A stretch of DNA of 64,000 nt. It comes from Deltaproteobacteria bacterium. GTDB lineage: Bacteria > Myxococcota > Kuafuiibacteriia > Kuafuiibacteriales > Kuafuiibacteriaceae. Shown one piece after another: positions 11,148-20,761 of the stretch. How positions within the stretch are numbered: the stretch's first letter is position 1; every line of letters begins with the position of its first letter. Location of the stretch: the NCBI GenBank assembly GCA_040218735.1, contig JAVJQW010000008.1, forward strand, positions 160,001 to 224,000, given 5' to 3'. The notes under the pieces were generated by a model that saw nothing but the letters and a program-made list of their open reading frames with translations, made no database searches and was not told the origin of the DNA. A program made the position numbers and the translations under genes.

Positions 11148-14100
11148 TCCGCTCGTCCCTCGTCGCCATCGCCATCCTGACCTCCGCCCCGGCATGGGCA
11201 CAGTCGTCGACCAGCTCCACGACGACGACCGCGTCGGTCGCCGCCCGCCCACCGCCCGCCGAATCCCCGCCGGTTCGCCGCTTTCAACCCACCCCGCGCG
11301 CCGAAGGGGCCCCGCACGTCGTGAAGACGTACCGCGACGAGCGGGGCCACCTCCTCCTCGTCGACGGCGTCCCCACGATGGTCTACGGGATGAACTGGGG
11401 CTACATGCCCATCGGCGAGAACTACTCGTACGACTTCTGGGGCAAGTCCGATGACTTCATCCGGGAGGCCCTCGACGCGGAGATTTCTCTGCTCCGCAAG
11501 ATGGGGATCAACGTCATCCGCCAGTACATCGGAATCCCCGCGAAGTGGATTCGGTACATCTACGAGAAACACGGAATCTTCACGGTCCTCAACCACCCCA
11601 TCGGCCGCTACGGCATGAACATCGACGGGGTCTGGGTGAGCCCCGTGGACTACTCCGACGAGCGAATGCGCGAAGTCATCCACGAAGAGATCGATGCGCT
11701 CGTCCGAAAGTACAAGGACGTCCCCGGCTTGATGATGTGGATGCTCGGGAACGAGAACAACTACGGCCTGTATTGGAAGTCGACGGAGATCGAAGACCTC
11801 CCCGAGGAGCAACAAGGCGATATCCGGGCGAAGTATCTGTACTCGCTGTTCGGCGAAGTCATCGATCGGATCCACAACCTCGACAGCAACCACCCGGTCG
11901 TCATCGCCAACGGCGACGTCGGGTTCATCGATGTCATCGCCGAGGAGTGCAAGAACGTCGACATCATGGGTTCGAACGTCTACCGCGGCGCCTCGTCGCG
12001 CGACCTCTTCGAAGTCATCGAGAAGAAGCTCGGCGTCCCGTTCATGTACACGGAGTTCGGCTCCGATGCGTTCGACGCCAAACGGATGCGTGAGGACCAC
12101 CTCGCACAGGCGGAGTACCTGCGGCTTCAGTGGCAGGAGATCTACGAACAGTCGTACGGCCACGGGAACGTAGGCAACGCGATCGGCGGGATGATCTTCC
12201 AGTGGAGTGACGGGTGGTGGAAGTACAAACAGACCGAGAACCTCGACGTCCACGACGAGACCGCCTCCTGGGCCACCGGCGCGTACCCCCACGACTACGT
12301 GGAGGGGCAGAACAACATGAACGAGGAGTGGTTCGGTATCGCGGCGAAGGGGCGCAACGACGAGCGCGGGCTCTACGAGGTCTACCCGCGGAGCGCCTAT
12401 TACCTGCTGCGCGAGGCCTTCCGCCTCGACCCCTACGCACCCTCCACGACCAACGAGAGGATCCGCGAGGTCTTCGGCGCCCTCGATCCGAAGGACTTCC
12501 AAGCGCGCTACGAAGCCACGCAGCTACGCTCGAAGATCGACTTCCTGGAGCGCGTCCGGCTCTCCCAGCTTCGGCTCGATCTCATGACCTTCACGACGGG
12601 TGGAAAGAACCTCAACATCGACGAACGCGAGCCGCGTCGCTTCGACCACCTCCAGTCCGCCTACGTGGGCATCGAGGCGCGCCCCGCCTCAGGCGTCCGT
12701 GCGGACGCTACGGTCAACGTCCTCGGCAACGTCGCGGTCAACCCCATCGACGAGATCTACTTCGAGCGCCGCGGGATCCCGGAAGAGGTTCGCAACACGG
12801 CCGGGGAGGAGGTCGTCCTGACCAGTCTCGAGCGTGTGAAACTCTACCAAGCATCCTTCGAGTGGGAGAACGACTGGTTCGCGGTCGAGGGCTACTATCG
12901 CAAGGGGCACTACCATTGGGGTTACGAGGGTGACTTCTTCGGGCTCTACCCGGAGGCCAACTACGAGCAAGCCGTCGATCAGTTCAACGCCGACACACCC
13001 AGCGGTGTCGTCTTCACCGGTAAGAAGGCGTTGGACGGCCTCAAGATCGCGTTCGGTCCGCAGCTCTACTGGGGCGCGAACCCAACGGTCATCTCGAAGT
13101 ACTACCGAACGATCGGCGACTGGGAGTTTTCTCTCATCCACCAGGAGGACATCGCCCAGCAGGCCTCCGCGCTGACCAGCTCGATCATCCCGCAGCCTCG
13201 AACGCGAAAGTCGACGATCTACGCAGCGCGCGAGTGGGGGCCGCTCAAACTTCAGGTCGGTGGAATCATGGCGGGTACGGACCGGCTGGGCCGTCGCTAC
13301 GTCTCCATCGAAGAGGCCGCCGAACCCACGTATCTCGAGTCAGGCTACTACGTGCTCGACGACGAGATCGAGCTGATCGACACCCTCGGCGCCAAGGCGC
13401 GCGTCACGCTCAACCTCAACCCCTTCTACTGGTACGTCCAGGGTGGCTACCGCGGGTTGGTCGCCGATGCGGGTGGTGACTGGTCCCTCAACATCACGAA
13501 CTGGTCGATGAAGGAGAGCGGGCAGGGCAACCACTGGGCGGTCTCGAGCGGCGCCGCGATGTACCTGGGTGACTTCGTCGTCGCGCCCAACTTCCTGTTC
13601 CAGAAGCCACTGGAGGGACCGCTGGTTCAGATCGAAGACGCGTTCGATCCGAACACCGGCACCTACTACCGCGGTGTCCTACCCAGAAACCAACTCAACG
13701 ATCCCTTCTGGGTTCGCTCCAACCGCGAAACCTACGGTTTCGAGCTCCTCCTCGCCTTCGATCCCACCCCCGACACGTTCATGTGGGCGTGGGACAACCT
13801 CCAGCGCGAGAACGCCTTCTTCACCGCTGCGCTCGACTTCACCTACAAGGTCCATCCCACGAGTCAGGATGCGGCGGTGGCCGTGGCGCAGGAGGGGTTC
13901 GTCTTCGCCTTCGCCGGGGCTGCTCCGGCTCGGAACCTCTGGGATGTGAGCCTCCGGACGATCTTCAACTTCCGCTCCGACATGCAGTGGGTCAACTGGC
14001 TCTACTCGGGCCGCGGGCAGGCGAACGGCGACGACGATCGCCTCGTCGTGCGGTACGGAACCTACGGTCGGTTCCGTTGGGATCAATTCGTCGCGCAGTA

Positions 14101-14359
14101 CCACGTCCGGCTCCACGACTGGGGCCCGTTCGATTACTACCGCGACTTCAACCTGACGTTCCCGCTCCAGACGTTGCTCGACATGAGCTACGCGTTGCAG
14201 ACGCCCGACTGGTTCGCGATCTCGCAGACGCGCCTCGGGCTGCGGGGTAAGTTCAGGTTGCTCGATGAGAACTCGGGGCGCTTCCAAGCCGACCCCGACG
14301 ATCCCGACGCGTTCGGCCAGGAGTGGGAGGTGCTCACCTATGTGCAGATCTCGATTTGA
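11144..14359 (+). CDS. Secreted clan GH-A (GH2-like TIM barrel) glycoside hydrolase fused to a probable C-terminal outer-membrane beta-barrel
   Basis: Start at GTG 11144 overlapping the GH1 stop; signal peptide VIRSSLVAIAILTSAPAWA; catalytic motifs LGNENNY and FMYTEFG; from ~12560 about 600 aa of amphipathic, aromatic-rich strands ending WEVLTYVQISI. Confidence 0.8.
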   Translation: MIRSSLVAIAILTSAPAWAQSSTSSTTTTASVAARPPPAESPPVRRFQPTPRAEGAPHVVKTYRDERGHLLLVDGVPTMVYGMNWGYMPIGENYSYDFWGKSDDFIREALDAEISLLRKMGINVIRQYIGIPAKWIRYIYEKHGIFTVLNHPIGRYGMNIDGVWVSPVDYSDERMREVIHEEIDALVRKYKDVPGLMMWMLGNENNYGLYWKSTEIEDLPEEQQGDIRAKYLYSLFGEVIDRIHNLDSNHPVVIANGDVGFIDVIAEECKNVDIMGSNVYRGASSRDLFEVIEKKLGVPFMYTEFGSDAFDAKRMREDHLAQAEYLRLQWQEIYEQSYGHGNVGNAIGGMIFQWSDGWWKYKQTENLDVHDETASWATGAYPHDYVEGQNNMNEEWFGIAAKGRNDERGLYEVYPRSAYYLLREAFRLDPYAPSTTNERIREVFGALDPKDFQARYEATQLRSKIDFLERVRLSQLRLDLMTFTTGGKNLNIDEREPRRFDHLQSAYVGIEARPASGVRADATVNVLGNVAVNPIDEIYFERRGIPEEVRNTAGEEVVLTSLERVKLYQASFEWENDWFAVEGYYRKGHYHWGYEGDFFGLYPEANYEQAVDQFNADTPSGVVFTGKKALDGLKIAFGPQLYWGANPTVISKYYRTIGDWEFSLIHQEDIAQQASALTSSIIPQPRTRKSTIYAAREWGPLKLQVGGIMAGTDRLGRRYVSIEEAAEPTYLESGYYVLDDEIELIDTLGAKARVTLNLNPFYWYVQGGYRGLVADAGGDWSLNITNWSMKESGQGNHWAVSSGAAMYLGDFVVAPNFLFQKPLEGPLVQIEDAFDPNTGTYYRGVLPRNQLNDPFWVRSNRETYGFELLLAFDPTPDTFMWAWDNLQRENAFFTAALDFTYKVHPTSQDAAVAVAQEGFVFAFAGAAPARNLWDVSLRTIFNFRSDMQWVNWLYSGRGQANGDDDRLVVRYGTYGRFRWDQFVAQYHVRLHDWGPFDYYRDFNLTFPLQTLLDMSYALQTPDWFAISQTRLGLRGKFRLLDENSGRFQADPDDPDAFGQEWEVLTYVQISI

Positions 14360-14963
14360 CGCCGTCTGGCTCCTTCCGGCGGTCATCGCCCTCCTCGCGG
14401 GGTGTGAGCTCGATCCGCAGCGCTATCGCTACGGCGAGAACATCACCGGGCTCCAGTTCGAGTACTTCGACGAGACCGAAGGGGTGCATCCGAGCCAGGT
14501 CGTCCTGCTGAACCCGAACAACCCATTCGTCGAGGCCCCGATCGGCGCCGAAACGAAGTTCGACCTGCTCACGGGGGGCGGAAACGCCGCCGGCTTCTAC
14601 GCGTGGGCCACGCTCCTCGCGACGGGCGCGAACGGCGAGAATCAGTTCTACGCGGCGACCAAGCTCCGCGACGTCTACTACGCGAACGAGGTGCCGCCCG
14701 AGGACTCCGAGAAGGTCCGCCTCCTCGCGATCGCCGCGTTTCAGTCGGTGCTCGACAACTTCCCGGACTCGGTGACCTTCGACGCGTCGGGCACGATCCC
14801 GTTCCCGCTCGCGACGCCCGCCTTCCAGGCGATCGTCGACCTCAACGGGCGACCCGAGGGTGACTGGGCGCTCGTGCAGGACGTGAACGGGAACCCCGTC
14901 GCCGTGAAGCGCGCGGGCGTCGATATCCCCCGCACCGTTGTGGAGGAGGAGGACGACTCTTGA
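14340..14963 (+). CDS. Hypothetical lipoprotein with TPR-like helical pair, in the beta-glucan operon
   Basis: ATG 14340 overlapping upstream stop region; lipobox LLAGC; helices ENQFYAATKL and LAIAAFQSVLDNFPDS. Confidence 0.7.
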   Translation: MCRSRFDAVWLLPAVIALLAGCELDPQRYRYGENITGLQFEYFDETEGVHPSQVVLLNPNNPFVEAPIGAETKFDLLTGGGNAAGFYAWATLLATGANGENQFYAATKLRDVYYANEVPPEDSEKVRLLAIAAFQSVLDNFPDSVTFDASGTIPFPLATPAFQAIVDLNGRPEGDWALVQDVNGNPVAVKRAGVDIPRTVVEEEDDS

Positions 14964-15631
14964 GGTACGTCAACGCAGCCTGCGTGGCACTGCTCGTCAC
15001 GAGCGCGTGCCGACTCGACCCCGGAACGCCCGACTATTCGGGCCACGTCGGACTGTTCGAGCCGGACGGCGACACGGAGCCCGTCGATGGGCCCGACCCC
15101 TACGAACCCGGCGAGGCGCGCCTCGCGTTCGGGTTGTTCTACGAGGGCGGGTTCTCGGACGTCATCGCGAGCAACGGAACGACCATCAACTACTTCATCT
15201 TCGTCATCGAGGGGACGTCCCAACTCACCTACGCGCAGGAGCCCTCGGACGATCGGGTCGAGGGGGTCGTGTCGGATCAAATCACCCTGGAGGGGACGCC
15301 GTTCTGGGGCGGCGGGTTCGTCTGGAACGAACCCATCGACATCTCGGAGTGGACTACGATGTACGTGAGTTTCAAGTCGAGCGACCCCTCGTTCGAAACC
15401 TTCGACCTTCAGGTACAATCGGGCGCGGGGGCCGCGGCCACCAACCTCGACCCGCGCGACTACGGCTACGTCAACGACGGCGAGTGGCACAACCTGGCCA
15501 TCCCCGTGCAGGACTTCGTCGCGGCCGGGTTCGACCCGGCCCAGACGCGTTCGCCGTTCATCCTCGCGTCCCCCGGAGGAGACGCGGGTGACGTGCTGCT
15601 GGTCGACAACCTCTACTACACGCAGGACTGA
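14960..15631 (+). CDS. Lipoprotein with carbohydrate-binding-like beta-sandwich domain
   Basis: Lipobox TSAC; PIDISEWTTMYVSFKS...DGEWHNLAIPVQDF...LLVDNLYYT pattern of galactose-binding-like CBM folds. Confidence 0.72.
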   Translation: MRYVNAACVALLVTSACRLDPGTPDYSGHVGLFEPDGDTEPVDGPDPYEPGEARLAFGLFYEGGFSDVIASNGTTINYFIFVIEGTSQLTYAQEPSDDRVEGVVSDQITLEGTPFWGGGFVWNEPIDISEWTTMYVSFKSSDPSFETFDLQVQSGAGAAATNLDPRDYGYVNDGEWHNLAIPVQDFVAAGFDPAQTRSPFILASPGGDAGDVLLVDNLYYTQD

Positions 15632-15633
15632 AG

Positions 15634-17052
15634 TCAGGCCGCTCCGCGGCGCTGTTCCAACTCGCCCCGAATCTCCAGCGCTCGGTCTTCGGTGATCTCG
15701 TACCGAGCAATGAGCCAGATCGCGATCATCGAAGTCGCGGCAGGGATGAATGCGTCGAAGGCTCGCATCAGCATGATCGCCTCCGACGTCTGCTGGCCGT
15801 CGAGCTCGACGTCGAAGCCGGTGGCGTTGAGCAGGAAGCCGCCAGCGGCGAGCGCCGCCGCCATACCGAGCTTCACGACCCACCAGAAGATCGAGCCGAA
15901 CATCCCCTCCCGGCGCTGCGCGGTCTCGAGCTCGTCGAGGTCGACGACGTCCGCCACCATCGAAGGCATCAGCGTGAACAGGCCGCCGAGCCCGAACGCG
16001 AGGAAGGGCGCCGGCAGCACCACGAGCCACGGGTTGTTCGGGTCGTAGCAGAACCACTTCATGATGTAACCGAGCACGGACACGCCGGTCGTCAGGAAGA
16101 AGGCGCGCCGCTTTCCGAGCTTCGTGCCGAGGGCGGTGGCGATGATGATGACGACGAACGTCGAGACCGCGGAGAGACTCCCGGCGTAACCCGCGTACTC
16201 CGCTCCGGCGACTTTGTCGCCGCCGCACACGTAATAGATGATCACGTAGGACTGAAACGAAGAGATCAGCATGAAGCCGTTGAAGACGAGGAACGTCGCC
16301 CCGCACAGCTTCTGAAAGGGTCGGAACTTAAGCGTTGCACCGAATCCCTTGAAGAAACTCACGAGCTCTTCCCCGAGCCTCTTCTTGGCGCGCTCCGCTT
16401 TGGCGGGGCCGAGGCGCTCCCGGAGGAAGAGCGCCGGTAGAACGCCGATGCCCATCGTGACGACGCCGATGATGACGGCGAGACCGGCCGCGCCGTCCAT
16501 CATGTCGTCGAAGTAGTCCTCGGCCTGCATGAAGGCGAGGAACCAGGGCGACACCACGTACGCGAGCTGCCCGAGGAAGTTCTGGACGCCCATGAGGCGA
16601 GTGCGTTCGTGGTAGTCGGGCGTCAGCTCGTAGCCGAGCGCGACCCAGGGCGTCGCGTACATCGTGTACGCGAGGTAGAAGACGATGGATCCTGCGAGGA
16701 AGTAGACGAAGTAGAAGGTCTCGCTCTTGTCGCTCGGGAACTGCCAAAGAAGGATGAAGACCACGCCCGCGGCGAGCGCCCCGATGAAGATGTACGGGCG
16801 CCGGCGCCCCCACTTCGACTGGGTCTGGTCCGACACGTAACCCATGAGCGGGTCGGTCAGCGCGTCGGTGAGGCGGGGCAGCGCGCCGAGGAGTCCGACG
16901 AGCGCTGGGTTCATGCCGAGCCCGAGGTTCAGCACGATCGTCATCCCACCGATCGCCGCTGCGAGTAAGTTGTTGATGAGTGCGCCGAGGCCGTAGATCA
17001 GCTTGGCGGCGAAGGTGATTCGGTCTTCGGGGCGCGTCGTGTGGTCGCTCAT
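15634..17052 (-). CDS. MFS transporter, glycoside-pentoside-hexuronide (GPH) family sugar permease
   Basis: About 12 TM; DALTDPLMGYVSDQTQSKWGRRRPY, ELTPDYHERTRL, RREGMFGS motifs. Confidence 0.92.
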   Translation of the reverse strand: MSDHTTRPEDRITFAAKLIYGLGALINNLLAAAIGGMTIVLNLGLGMNPALVGLLGALPRLTDALTDPLMGYVSDQTQSKWGRRRPYIFIGALAAGVVFILLWQFPSDKSETFYFVYFLAGSIVFYLAYTMYATPWVALGYELTPDYHERTRLMGVQNFLGQLAYVVSPWFLAFMQAEDYFDDMMDGAAGLAVIIGVVTMGIGVLPALFLRERLGPAKAERAKKRLGEELVSFFKGFGATLKFRPFQKLCGATFLVFNGFMLISSFQSYVIIYYVCGGDKVAGAEYAGYAGSLSAVSTFVVIIIATALGTKLGKRRAFFLTTGVSVLGYIMKWFCYDPNNPWLVVLPAPFLAFGLGGLFTLMPSMVADVVDLDELETAQRREGMFGSIFWWVVKLGMAAALAAGGFLLNATGFDVELDGQQTSEAIMLMRAFDAFIPAATSMIAIWLIARYEITEDRALEIRGELEQRRGAA

Positions 17053-17879
17053 CGAGGCGCCCGCTCGAACACGCGCACGTAATCGACGAGCATCTCGGCG
17101 GGGAAGACGGTGTCCGAACCGACGGGCCCGACGAAGCTGCCGCCGACCGCAACGTTGAGCAGGAGGAAGAACGGGTGATCGAACACCCAGTCACCACGCG
17201 CTTGGACCTCGGGGGTCGTGACGACCTGATAGACGACGTCGTCGACCAGGAACGCGATTCGCCCCGGATCCCACTCCACGGCAAAGATGTGGAAGTCATC
17301 CGTGAAGCTCTCGTCCTCGGGGAGCGCGAACTTACTCGTAATGGGGCTGCCCCCCGAGTAGCCGGGTCCGTGCAGCGTGCCGTGGACGACGCGCGGCTCT
17401 TGGCCGCGGAACTCCATGATGTCGATCTCACCCGCGCGGGGCCAGTCCGTCTCGGGGAAGTTCGCGCCCAGCATCCAGAACGCGGGCCAGATGCCCTGCC
17501 CCGGGGGGAGCTTGATGCGCGCTTCGAAGCGCCCGTACTTCTGCTCCACCAGGCCCTTGGACTTGATGCGCCCCGAGGTATACGCGCGGCCCATGTAGTC
17601 TTCTTCGCGGGCGACGATGCGGAGGTTTCCGTTGCCGTCGTGGGAGACGTTCTCGGTGCGGTCGGTGTCGAACTCGAGCTGGTTGTTGCCCCACCCGTCG
17701 CCGCCGACGTCGAAGGTCCACATCGCGGGATCCGGCGACGTGCCTTCGGCGCCGTCGAACTCGTCGTACATCGTCACGATCCAGGACACGGGTGGCTCCA
17801 CGACCGGACCTTCTCCAATCTCACATCCCACGATGCTCGCGGCGATGACGACGACCCACGGCTTGAAACCAACCATCAT
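17049..17879 (-). CDS. GH16 endo-beta-1,3-glucanase (laminarinase-type), lipoprotein
   Basis: Lipobox IVGC; GWGNNQLE, YTSGRI, GIWPAFWMLG, catalytic GEIDIME, FHIFAVEW, LLNVAVGG. Confidence 0.93.
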   Translation of the reverse strand: MMVGFKPWVVVIAASIVGCEIGEGPVVEPPVSWIVTMYDEFDGAEGTSPDPAMWTFDVGGDGWGNNQLEFDTDRTENVSHDGNGNLRIVAREEDYMGRAYTSGRIKSKGLVEQKYGRFEARIKLPPGQGIWPAFWMLGANFPETDWPRAGEIDIMEFRGQEPRVVHGTLHGPGYSGGSPITSKFALPEDESFTDDFHIFAVEWDPGRIAFLVDDVVYQVVTTPEVQARGDWVFDHPFFLLLNVAVGGSFVGPVGSDTVFPAEMLVDYVRVFERAPR

Positions 17880-19117
17880 GTGCTTCCCACTGCCGCGACC
17901 ACGCGGCTGAACATCTCGGGGTTCTCGAGCGCCGATCTGAGAACCAGCGTCGCGGCCCCGACCGCGATTCCTTGTTCATCGAGCTCGCTCCGGAGGATCT
18001 CCGCGTGTGCGATCGAGTCGGCGAGGGAGAGGCGCGACACGGTATCGCGGAGCGGTTCGAGGAGGAGATCTCCGACCCGCATCAAACCGCCGCCGAGCAC
18101 GACCATTCTCGGGTTCAGCAGATTGAGCATGTTCGCGACGCCGATACCGAGCTGCCGTCCGGCGTAGGCGATGACGGCGACGGCCGCTTGATCACCGGCG
18201 AGGGCGTCGTCGACCAGCGCGTCGATCGTCTTGGGAGGCTCGCCTTCGCCGAGCGCGCGATACTCTTGCTGCGCACGCTCGAGGAGCGCGGCGCTGCCCA
18301 CGAGCGTCGTCAGGCAGCCGCGTAGCCCGCAGGAGCAGAGCGGTCCGTTGGCGTCGATCGACGTGTGGCCGATCTCCCCCGCGGCGCCGCCGCTACCGCG
18401 GAAGATCTCACCGTTCATGATCAGCCCGGCGCCGATGCCGGTCGCGACCTTGATGTACGCGAGGTCACTCACCGTCCGGCCCGCGCCCCACCAGCGCTCC
18501 GCGAGCGCGCCGAGGTTGGCGTCGTTGTCGAGCACCACCGGCGAACCGATGCGCGCCTCGAGCTCTTCGATGAGGTCGATGCCCTCCCACTTCGGAATCA
18601 CCGAAGGCAGGAGCTTCCCGGGTTCGGCCGGGTTGAGCGGGCTCGGTACGGCGACGCCGACGCCGACGAGCGACGACGGTTGGGTGCCGTTCGCCAGGCA
18701 GACCTCCAGCACGAGGCGCTTCATCGCCGAGAGCGCCTCCTGGGGAGCGTCACGGACCGGCACGGAGACGGAGCGGTACTCCGAGACGTTGGCGCGGAGG
18801 TCGGTGAGTACGACGGAGACGTGCGTAGCGCCGAGCTCGATCCCGACGATGTTGCTCGCCGCGTCCGAGAACTCCAGGAGGATGGGGCGGCGGCCGCCGG
18901 TCGAGAGACCCGCGCGCGCCTCCCGCACCAAGCCCGTTTCGAGGAGGTCGCTGACGATCGCCGAGACGGTGGAGCGGCTGAGTCCGGTACGACGCGAGAG
19001 GTCGGCGCGGGAGATCGATCGCTCGCACCAGAGCAGGTTGAGGAGGAGGCGGCTGTGCTGGGCTCGGATCGCCGAGGCGCCCAGCACTTCGTCGGGTCTG
19101 TGCACGGTGCGGATCAT
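17876..19117 (-). CDS. ROK family transcriptional repressor (XylR/NagC-like)
   Basis: N-terminal wHTH ISRADLSRRTGLSRSTVSAIV...GGRRP; DNDANLGALAE; AGEIGH...CSCGLRGCL zinc motif. Confidence 0.93.
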   Translation of the reverse strand: MIRTVHRPDEVLGASAIRAQHSRLLLNLLWCERSISRADLSRRTGLSRSTVSAIVSDLLETGLVREARAGLSTGGRRPILLEFSDAASNIVGIELGATHVSVVLTDLRANVSEYRSVSVPVRDAPQEALSAMKRLVLEVCLANGTQPSSLVGVGVAVPSPLNPAEPGKLLPSVIPKWEGIDLIEELEARIGSPVVLDNDANLGALAERWWGAGRTVSDLAYIKVATGIGAGLIMNGEIFRGSGGAAGEIGHTSIDANGPLCSCGLRGCLTTLVGSAALLERAQQEYRALGEGEPPKTIDALVDDALAGDQAAVAVIAYAGRQLGIGVANMLNLLNPRMVVLGGGLMRVGDLLLEPLRDTVSRLSLADSIAHAEILRSELDEQGIAVGAATLVLRSALENPEMFSRVVAAVGST

Positions 19118-19138
19118 GATGGACGGCGCCGCCTCGTG

Positions 19139-20755
19139 CTACGGGCAGGTGTCGCAGCGACCGTAGGCCGCCTCGGTGGTCGTGGGCGCGTCGGGCACCG
19201 TGATTTGCCGGTTCGCGAAGGTCGCGCCGTCGGTGACGGGCGCGCAAGCTCCGTTGCCGGCCATGACGTCGTCGATCAGGTCCTCCTGCGAGGCGAAGTT
19301 GTCGATCATGTACTTGAACTCGAGCGGTCCGGCCGGGAGCGGGAACGTCCCAGAGTAGACGCCGTCGGTGTCCGGGTCGGTGAGCTCGAACCCACCGTCG
19401 CACCACGAGCAGAAGGGCCCGGTCACGAAGACCGTCGTGAACGTCTCCGTCGTGCAACTCATGTCGACGGAGAAGGTCACGTTGTACTCACACGAGCCGT
19501 CGTCGTTCGTCGCGTTGGGGTCGAAGTTGACGGCATCCGTGTCGGTGCAGCCATCGCCCGGGCCGCCGCCCGTGTCCGACGGGTCGTTCTTGTACTGAAT
19601 GTCGTCCACGTAGAACTCGATCGTGTTTCCGGGTGAGGTCGCAACCCATCCGAACCCACCCGCGATGTCCGCGTAGTCCGTGCCGACCAAGAGGATCTGG
19701 TACTCAGTGGGCGTCGCAGCCAGCGTGATCTCCGGAGTCTCCAACGCAAACCCATCCGGCCCCGCGTAACCCACCAGGAATTTCACGACCTCGCCGCCCT
19801 GTGCGCCCCACGCCCAGAAGTTGATGCGCGTCGCACCCTGCGGGACCGGGAAGCCGTCCGCCTCGCCCCAGTTGCCGTCGGGGTACTGCCAGAACACGCC
19901 GCCCCATCCGTTCGGGCCGCCCGCGGTGTACGTGAACGCGTGGCAGAGCCCGGCCTGATCCCCGGCGCGCGTGGGGCAGACTTCAACCGCCGTGATTCCG
20001 CCCGACTCACCATCACCCATGAACCCACTCGGCGCGTAGACATCGTCGACGACGAGCGGGAGCTCCGTACTCACCGCGGGGCACCGTCCGAACGTAAAGG
20101 GTTCGAAGACCGTGTCGGCGGCGGGCATGGTGAGCTCGCGCGCGAGCCCCCCCGACGCGGTGACGCCGCACGCGGCGTCGATGGGTTCTTCGCGGATGGG
20201 ATCGCTGCCGATCACGAACCGCAAGTTGTGTTGCTGCGCCGTGATGACGATCGTTCCGCGGTACACGTTGTCCTGATCACCGTCGGTGAGTACGGCGCAG
20301 GTCCCGCACCAGTTGTTGAAACTCCCGTGCACGTACACGCCGTCGGCGCGGTCGAAGTCCTGAACCCCGGACATGTCCACGCGAAGCGTCGCGATGTAGC
20401 GGCAGGAGCCGTCGTCGTCCGTCGCGGTGTCACTGAAGTTCACGGCCGCGGCGTCCGTGCAGCCGTCGTAGCGACAGGAGCCGTCGTCCGTCGTCGCGGT
20501 CGGGTTGTAGTTGTTCGCTCCGGCGTCCGTGCAGCCGACGCCCGAGTACGTACACGACCCGTCGTCGATCGACGCCCGAGGCAGGAAGTTCTCGGCGAAG
20601 CGATCGGTGCAGCCGACCACCGGCTCCGTGGTGGGCACGCACTGGTTCCCCTGGCGCTCCGTCCCCTCGGGGCAGGGGTTTTCGGGCTCGAACGTGCTCG
20701 AACACCCTACGGCGAGGGCGAAGAGGGCGATCGGGGCTCGGTGAAGGGTACGCAT
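19139..20755 (-). CDS. Modular lipoprotein: GCTD...DDGSC repeats, two CBM48/E-set-like domains and a central CBM-like domain
   Basis: Lipobox AVGC; four GCTDxxAxNF/YxxxAxxDDGSCxY repeats; VYVHGSFNNW...DGDQDNVY and VFVTGPFCSW...DPDTDGVYSGT...FKY; central YAPSGFMGD...WGGVFWQYPDGNWG...FYVDDIQY. Confidence 0.78.
   Translation of the reverse strand: MRTLHRAPIALFALAVGCSSTFEPENPCPEGTERQGNQCVPTTEPVVGCTDRFAENFLPRASIDDGSCTYSGVGCTDAGANNYNPTATTDDGSCRYDGCTDAAAVNFSDTATDDDGSCRYIATLRVDMSGVQDFDRADGVYVHGSFNNWCGTCAVLTDGDQDNVYRGTIVITAQQHNLRFVIGSDPIREEPIDAACGVTASGGLARELTMPAADTVFEPFTFGRCPAVSTELPLVVDDVYAPSGFMGDGESGGITAVEVCPTRAGDQAGLCHAFTYTAGGPNGWGGVFWQYPDGNWGEADGFPVPQGATRINFWAWGAQGGEVVKFLVGYAGPDGFALETPEITLAATPTEYQILLVGTDYADIAGGFGWVATSPGNTIEFYVDDIQYKNDPSDTGGGPGDGCTDTDAVNFDPNATNDDGSCEYNVTFSVDMSCTTETFTTVFVTGPFCSWCDGGFELTDPDTDGVYSGTFPLPAGPLEFKYMIDNFASQEDLIDDVMAGNGACAPVTDGATFANRQITVPDAPTTTEAAYGRCDTCP
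20396..20615 (-). repeat. Three tandem ~25-aa Cys/Asp repeats (GCTD...DDGSCxY); a fourth copy lies near 19484-19552
   Basis: GCTDRFAENFLPRASIDDGSCTY / GCTDAGANNYNPTATTDDGSCRY / GCTDAAAVNFSDTATDDDGSCRY / GCTDTDAVNFDPNATNDDGSCEY in the translation; boundaries approximate. Confidence 0.85.
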
Positions 20756-20761
20756 GGGGAC

